A DNA stretch of 64,000 nucleotides from a virus (Duplodnaviria > Caudoviricetes): IMG/VR virus record IMGVR_UViG_3300028888_000047, positions 224,001 through 288,000 of that record; one strand, given 5' to 3'. The stretch's first letter is position 1; the number at the start of each line of letters is the position of its first letter. Position numbers and translations under genes: made by a program. The notes under the pieces are model-generated. The model searched no databases. It had not been told where the DNA came from and saw only the letters and a list, made by a program, of their open reading frames with translations. Shown here piece by piece: positions 58,610 through 64,000 of the stretch.

Positions 58610-59773
58610 TTATGTTATTTTTTTAGCATATTCTTTTTCTTTTAAAATAATGCGCTCGTAAGGACCAAGTAAATTGCCAAATTTTGACTCTTCTAACATA
58701 TCCGTCATTTCATTTTCATAAATGATTTCATATATATTCTTAACATCCCTATCTTCAATATTCATTGGGGCATATAACTCTTCTTTTAAGCCTTCCAAAG
58801 CTTCATCGGTTAATAATGGTTCTGACAAATCTATGATTTTTTTATTTATTTCATAAATGTCTTTGCCCTGTATGCCATCTGTAACGCGATTAACGATATT
58901 TTCAAGCGATTTGAGAGGCTTTTTTTTATCAGCCTTTCTCTCTTCCAACAAAGACTTGGAACGTTCTACAACGGCTTTTAATGACGTTTTTTCATTTTTC
59001 ATTTCGGGAAACAATTTTAATAATGTTTGCTCGCCTAAGCCCTTTATTCCTTTTATGTTATCAGAAGCATCACCGCATAATATTTTTTTAACTAAAACAT
59101 TTTCGTGAGTTATTCCAAGCTCTTCAACTGAATTCTTTGGTGTTATAAACTTTTTTAACGTCGGTATATATTGGCAAACCTCGTCATTTATTAACTGTGT
59201 TAAATCTCTATCGCCACTTACAATTACAACCCTTTCATTTGGCTTCTTATTTTTAACATAATAAGCAATAAGGTCATCACCTTCAACATCATCGTATATA
59301 AATTGTCTTATGAAGAGATTTTCAAGAATATCTTGTATTATTCCTCTTTGTCTTTGAAATGATTCATCATCAGTTTCAATTCGTTTAACTTCATATTTTT
59401 TGTTCTTACTATTTTTCAAAATATTTTTTACAAAATTATTTATTTTTTTATCATAATCAGAAACGCCGGATGTTAATTCATAATGCTTATCTCTGTTTGC
59501 CTTATAATCCTTATAATAATTCCACCTGAGACTTCCTGAATTGAAGCCATCCCAACAAACTATACAAAAATCAAAATCCTTTTTCTGTAATATTTGCCCC
59601 AATATTCTCAAGAATAAAAATATTGCTCCATATTCTTGACCCTTTGAATTCATTCTCTTATCAACCAATGACATCTTTAGTAATGAATTGCCATCTACAC
59701 ATAATGTATAAATTAATTTTTCATTGCTAACATTGTTTGCTTCTGCTCTATTCTTTTTAACTACTTGTTTCAT
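58610..59773 (-). CDS. 5'-3' exonuclease/flap endonuclease (T4 RNase H-like)
   Basis: VDGNSLL, YKANR, VEGDDLIA, SGDRDLTQL, GDASDNIKGIKGLG. Confidence 0.93.
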   Translation of the reverse strand: MKQVVKKNRAEANNVSNEKLIYTLCVDGNSLLKMSLVDKRMNSKGQEYGAIFLFLRILGQILQKKDFDFCIVCWDGFNSGSLRWNYYKDYKANRDKHYELTSGVSDYDKKINNFVKNILKNSKNKKYEVKRIETDDESFQRQRGIIQDILENLFIRQFIYDDVEGDDLIAYYVKNKKPNERVVIVSGDRDLTQLINDEVCQYIPTLKKFITPKNSVEELGITHENVLVKKILCGDASDNIKGIKGLGEQTLLKLFPEMKNEKTSLKAVVERSKSLLEERKADKKKPLKSLENIVNRVTDGIQGKDIYEINKKIIDLSEPLLTDEALEGLKEELYAPMNIEDRDVKNIYEIIYENEMTDMLEESKFGNLLGPYERIILKEKEYAKKIT

Positions 59774-60030
59774 TTAAATTTATATGTTTTTTCCGGTGTT
59801 ATAATTTCCCAATACCAATCAATATTAGGGTCATACTTATAATTTGGCTTTGCGTCATAATATACCTTTTTTAACTCTCTATACAATACCAACGCTGCAT
59901 CCTCTGGAGTGTATGCTATAGTTTTTATTGCTTCCCATTCTCTGAAGGTAAGTTCTTTTCTTACAAAAAAACTTTTTTTCTCTATTCCTACTTTAGAATA
60001 ATCGTATATCTCATATTTGTATTTACCCAT
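59770..60030 (-). CDS. Hypothetical protein
   Basis: Likely start MGKYKYEIYDYSK. Confidence 0.65.
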   Translation of the reverse strand: MGKYKYEIYDYSKVGIEKKSFFVRKELTFREWEAIKTIAYTPEDAALVLYRELKKVYYDAKPNYKYDPNIDWYWEIITPEKTYKFK

Positions 60031-60301
60031 TGTTATAAACATTTAAAAAATCTTCTCTATTGCTAACATATGTTGGAGTATATATTGGGCCTGTATATGT
60101 TGACAAACTTGTTAATATACTTCTATCAAGTTCTACCGCAATTTGTTCAGAAAGAATTGCTGTTAATTCGCCTTCAACGGAAATATTGTTAAATGCTGTA
60201 ATATCATTAGCTAATTCAGTTGACCATACTACTTTACACACCTTTGGCTTACATATTTCAATTTTTGAATAATCGTAACTTTCAAATTTATACTTTCCCA
60301 T
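60023..60301 (-). CDS. Small protein containing a gp23-like major capsid protein segment
   Basis: KVVWSTELANDITAFNNISVEGELTAILSEQIAVELDRSIL. Confidence 0.7.
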   Translation of the reverse strand: MGKYKFESYDYSKIEICKPKVCKVVWSTELANDITAFNNISVEGELTAILSEQIAVELDRSILTSLSTYTGPIYTPTYVSNREDFLNVYNNG

Positions 60302-60671
60302 AATTTACAACTTTTACATTTAACCCTTTTTCTTCTGCAATTTTAATCATATGCTCAGTTCCATGAGAACTTCCATCCCAAAAAGCAATTAAGCCATCAG
60401 CAAGTTCTGCCATTTGTTCATTCCTTCTAAATCCAGCTGATTTTCCATGCTTTTTCCAATCAGCAGGATAAACTTCCAAGTCCAAATCTTCATCAGAAGC
60501 ATATTTCTCACCCAATTGGTCAGCACCACGTGCTCCACCACTAACAATAATAACGTTATGTGTTTTTTTCTTTTCTCGTAGAACTTTATTACAAGTCTCT
60601 TTTAATAACTTATAATTGCTAAACCCTCTTGAACCTGCAATAATAACCTTAAAATTTTCTTTTTTACCCAT
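60288..60671 (-). CDS. SLOG superfamily (YspA/DUF2493-like) protein
   Basis: IIAGSRGF, VSGGARGAD, AGFRRNEQMA, FWDGSSHGT. Confidence 0.88.
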   Translation of the reverse strand: MGKKENFKVIIAGSRGFSNYKLLKETCNKVLREKKKTHNVIIVSGGARGADQLGEKYASDEDLDLEVYPADWKKHGKSAGFRRNEQMAELADGLIAFWDGSSHGTEHMIKIAEEKGLNVKVVNYGKV

Positions 60672-60686
60672 AAAATTGCATTTTTA

Positions 60687-60718
60687 CAAATATACAAAAA
60701 AATGTTAAAAAAAACAAA
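60687..60718 (-). promoter_or_regulatory. Bacteroidota-type promoter
   Basis: TTTG-N20-TATATTTG. Confidence 0.8.
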
Positions 60719-60774
60719 AAAAAGAGGCAAGAAAAAATCTAACCTCTTATTAAAAAATATTTGTAAAAAATAAA

Positions 60775-61938
60775 TTACCTTACCATTATTCCACTATAAG
60801 GCATGGCCTTCATTTTGAGAACGTTCATAAGACTTTCGTTCATATCAGCCTGATTCTTCATTTGATTCCAAGGCAACATTCGGTCTAATCGTTCTTTTAA
60901 CTCGCCCAACACAGCTTCCTTTTCCTGTTTTCCTTGGTCTAACAACATTGAATAATCAAGTTGCATTTCAGCTTCAGGTATCTTAACCACTCCGCTTGCA
61001 TAACCTCTAATATTGCCAAGCAATATCTTCGCCTCAGCTATTAATAAACGTCTTACAATCTGCTGCGTTGGATAATTAAGCAATTCATAATGCATCTTGC
61101 TCAAAGGAACTTGGTCAGGCGTGATTAACAATGTGTCCTTGTTGTCAAGCATACATTGCTCAGTTGCATCGTTTTCACCGGTGGAAACATCGTAGTAGGT
61201 ATACCAACAAATACAGTTAATGTATCTACCCCATCCATAAGCATCGTCTGCTGACAATCCTCCAAGCATATTTTTAGAACCAGGAGTAGACATAAGGTGT
61301 ACAAGGTGTGTTCCATTTGGCCCAGCTGTTACCTTATAAGCCAAATCGCCTCTTAGAAGTGAGTTTTTATATTTAAGGTCAGCAGCAAGTAATGCTGTAT
61401 CATAAGCAGAGCCAACATAGAATCCAATTAAACCCATACCATTCTGATATGTTCCATACTGTCCCCAACCACCTCCAATACCTGTATCAAGCATTCCTAC
61501 GTTTCCATATAATGCTGCTTTTGTGGTTGAAGGGGTAATATACATTACTCTGTTTATTTCTCTACCTGCAGGAATTACGTACACTTGTTTTCCTTTTTCA
61601 ATGGTAAAAAAGTCTTTTTTAAGCTCCCACCTTGTTCCGCGTTGCTGAAGACCAACTTCTTTAGAAAACCACTCTGACCAATCACGTGACCAATCAAGTG
61701 TCCTTGTGCTTAACGCAAATGCAAGGTCTGCCGGGTTGTCTATTAATTGGTTTTTACCCATCATATTAAGCCATTGGGATTCGATTACCCAATTTTGCAC
61801 ATATGAAGCATAATCGCCAACACACATTTCAAGAAGGTCGCATAGTTGTTCATCTTCTAACTGAACCGGACGAATTGGCGCTCCGCAGCTTGTACGAACT
61901 TTCCTAAACAAGTCTTTTATTTCATCTGTTACTATCAT
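60775..61938 (-). CDS. Neck/head-tail adaptor protein (T4 gp13-like)
   Basis: GAPIRPVQLEDEQL, AEAKILLGNIRG..QLDYSMLLDQGKQE. Confidence 0.75.
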   Translation of the reverse strand: MIVTDEIKDLFRKVRTSCGAPIRPVQLEDEQLCDLLEMCVGDYASYVQNWVIESQWLNMMGKNQLIDNPADLAFALSTRTLDWSRDWSEWFSKEVGLQQRGTRWELKKDFFTIEKGKQVYVIPAGREINRVMYITPSTTKAALYGNVGMLDTGIGGGWGQYGTYQNGMGLIGFYVGSAYDTALLAADLKYKNSLLRGDLAYKVTAGPNGTHLVHLMSTPGSKNMLGGLSADDAYGWGRYINCICWYTYYDVSTGENDATEQCMLDNKDTLLITPDQVPLSKMHYELLNYPTQQIVRRLLIAEAKILLGNIRGYASGVVKIPEAEMQLDYSMLLDQGKQEKEAVLGELKERLDRMLPWNQMKNQADMNESLMNVLKMKAMPYSGIMVR

Positions 61939-61960
61939 ATTGACAATCTTTTAATTACTT

Positions 61961-61972
61961 ATAAATATTTAT
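61961..61972. promoter_or_regulatory. Palindromic double TATTTAT motif between divergent genes
   Basis: ATAAATATTTAT, 22 nt from ATG 61938(-) and 17 nt from ATG 61990(+). Confidence 0.6.
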
Positions 61973-61989
61973 ATAAAAATTAAAATTGC

Positions 61990-62808
61990 ATGAAAGGTAT
62001 AATATTAAATGAATCTATTATAAAAAAGGCTTTACGTGAGTCCATTAATGAAATGATGGATGAGGATAGGATTGAAAATCAGGATGGGACTGTTGAGGTT
62101 GATAATTTTGAAGCATTAAAAGAGATAATAAAGTTTGAAAATCCAGGAGATACATTATATTTTATACAGATAAAGAAAAGAGATAAGGATAATCCCGGAC
62201 AACATTCAAAATTCCAAGCAGCAATGCACTTGAAGGAATATTATATTAAATCTCTTCAGGAATTTGATGCAGCAGAACCAGAAATAAAGGACATTTGCAA
62301 GCGTGAAAGTGCTCGCGCTTATATATGGCTTAATGCAAGGTCTAAAGCCATTGTGGATAGGTACACTCAACGAAATATGGATTATTGGAAACGTCATCCT
62401 CGTGAAGGCTACAAATACGGCTGGAAGGCTCAAGCTCTTGCTGCTGCCAAAAGTCTTGATATAGATGATAGACCTTTATGTTTTGTTGACGTAGATTCTG
62501 ATGACCAAAATGATATAAATATGGCCATGCAAATCATACAAAGAGCAGGAATTAAGCCGTTATATGCTTATAGAAGTTTAAATAATGGAATTCATATAAT
62601 ATTACCAAATAAAGAAGATGCAAAGAAACTTGATTTTTCGCCCATTAACGGTAACTTACAAGGTATGGGAAGAAAGGTTCAAATGAACGCAAAGGTTGGT
62701 ATCGAAATTGATAAACCCGCTTTGCTTTATGCGTGCCTTGTTCCACAGGGATATGGAAAACAACAAGCAAGATTCGCAAAATTCACAGGACAAAATAAAA
62801 AACCATAA
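61990..62808 (+). CDS. Leader-bearing protein with AEP (primase-polymerase)-like motifs
   Basis: MKGIILNESIIKKALRESINE; FVDVD, RSLNNGIHII. Confidence 0.65.
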   Translation: MKGIILNESIIKKALRESINEMMDEDRIENQDGTVEVDNFEALKEIIKFENPGDTLYFIQIKKRDKDNPGQHSKFQAAMHLKEYYIKSLQEFDAAEPEIKDICKRESARAYIWLNARSKAIVDRYTQRNMDYWKRHPREGYKYGWKAQALAAAKSLDIDDRPLCFVDVDSDDQNDINMAMQIIQRAGIKPLYAYRSLNNGIHIILPNKEDAKKLDFSPINGNLQGMGRKVQMNAKVGIEIDKPALLYACLVPQGYGKQQARFAKFTGQNKKP

Positions 62809-62811
62809 GTT

Positions 62812-63519
62812 ATGAAAAAGATAATATTAAACGAGAATTCTTTTAAGCTTTTCAAGAAGTTTTTGGTTAATGAAATAGTATTACCTAAAGGCGTTTCTTT
62901 TTGTACCAACCCAAAGGATGAAATATTTTATAAAACTTGTTTAAAAAAATTAGATAACATACCTAATTTAAGAACAGATAAATATAAGGACTACGACCTT
63001 GAAAATGCTTATAATGAGTGGGCTAAAACAGGTTTTTCAAAAGATTCTTTTGAATATAGAACATGGTGTGGCTTATTAAAAAACTACATGGATTACCTAA
63101 GCACAAGTATCAATTTTGTTAAATTCAATAAGGTTGATAGAATTGGTGATGCAAGAGCACATTATGTTTTTGTTGACCCAAAATGGGTGGAAAAAATGAA
63201 TGATGGAAAAGAAGACTATCAAGGCATATTTTCTTTAACATTAAAAATATATCAAAACAAGGTAATATGGAATGATTTATTTTTTAATCCAATATTTGAA
63301 ACTTTAAAAAACGAAATTAAAGAGATAAGAAAATTTGCAACGATAAAAAGAAAATTGGATAAAAAATACGATTTACTATTGCCTTTGGAAGAATATATCG
63401 AAATAGGTAAATTCATGTCAGACGAAAATAACGCAAAACCTGAACTGTTTTATGATAATAACACTAATTATTCCCAGGATTTAACCGTAAATAACGATGA
63501 ATTTAACTGGGGCGGATAA
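62812..63519 (+). CDS. Leader-bearing hypothetical protein
   Basis: MKKIILNENSF..LVNE. Confidence 0.7.
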   Translation: MKKIILNENSFKLFKKFLVNEIVLPKGVSFCTNPKDEIFYKTCLKKLDNIPNLRTDKYKDYDLENAYNEWAKTGFSKDSFEYRTWCGLLKNYMDYLSTSINFVKFNKVDRIGDARAHYVFVDPKWVEKMNDGKEDYQGIFSLTLKIYQNKVIWNDLFFNPIFETLKNEIKEIRKFATIKRKLDKKYDLLLPLEEYIEIGKFMSDENNAKPELFYDNNTNYSQDLTVNNDEFNWGG

Positions 63520-63533
63520 ACAACAATAAATAA

Positions 63534-64000
63534 ATGGCTAAATTATTAAAATTTGGAGTAGGATATATACCAAAGAAGGTTTTTAAAAATAATAAAACTG
63601 GTGAAAAAGAAGAAAAAAGCTGCGTAAGTCTTGCCTTATTTTCAGATTTAAGGTCAGGTGCTGCTGCATTTCCTCAAATACAAAGTTTTATGAGGGATAA
63701 CGCGACATTGGATAAAAAAGATGGCACTATATTCATTACCATACCTGAAGATAAGTTTGAAATCTTTGCAAAGGGTAAATTATTGGAAAGAATTTTATCA
63801 ACATTTGAACAAACCACAGGATATGTTGCTGATTCTAAAGACATTTCAGAATTGGTTCAAAGATTTAACATTGCCAAGGACGAGGTTTTAAACTCTAATA
63901 AATCAGATTTAGACGCTATTACAAGCCAATATCTTGAAGACCTTATATCAGGAATAGAAAGGGACTTTAATGACCCAAGATTCCAACAAATTATGAACTC
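63534..64000 (+). CDS. Hypothetical protein, runs off window
   Basis: MAKLLKFGVGYIPKKVF..., open to window end. Confidence 0.7.
   Translation, partial: MAKLLKFGVGYIPKKVFKNNKTGEKEEKSCVSLALFSDLRSGAAAFPQIQSFMRDNATLDKKDGTIFITIPEDKFEIFAKGKLLERILSTFEQTTGYVADSKDISELVQRFNIAKDEVLNSNKSDLDAITSQYLEDLISGIERDFNDPRFQQIMN

Noticed and set aside
1-64000. Stop-codon reassignment (TAG=Gln as in Lak and some crAss-like phages)
   Set aside because: Long genes are intact under the standard code, TAG ends a few genes (5980, 9676, 47495), and no CTA-anticodon tRNA was seen.
1-64000. CRISPR array, integrase, IS elements, inteins or introns in nrdD, helicase or primase
   Set aside because: No regular repeat-spacer pattern or relevant motifs; these genes are of normal length and uninterrupted.

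Overview
AT-rich (~28% GC by eye) 64-kb segment of a large T4-like contractile-tailed (jumbo) phage. The host is probably Bacteroidota: several promoters match TTTG-N19-21-TAnnTTTG. Standard genetic code; most genes are on the minus strand. Contents: a partial beta-helical tail fibre; a tRNA/ncRNA cluster (5.77-7.47 kb); ClpP; an m4C-type DNA methyltransferase; vWA; a sigma-70-like factor; SbcC/SbcD; RuvC; primase; DnaB; a 5'-3' exonuclease; NrdD/NrdG/thioredoxin; an amidase plus holin/spanin candidates; a ~21-kb baseplate/tail operon; and a neck protein. Most unusual: (1) a circularly permuted tRNA-Leu-like element with no anticodon loop, lying among several unassigned structured RNAs in the tRNA operon; (2) a tRNA with a Gln CUG anticodon on a long-variable-arm (Leu/Ser-type) body; (3) a 92-aa ORF in a host-promoter operon that carries a piece resembling the gp23 major capsid protein; (4) about 9 otherwise unrelated proteins sharing an 'I.LTE..L..IIKES' N-terminal leader, usually behind a TATTTAT motif. 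All protein calls come from motif recognition by eye; no database search was run.
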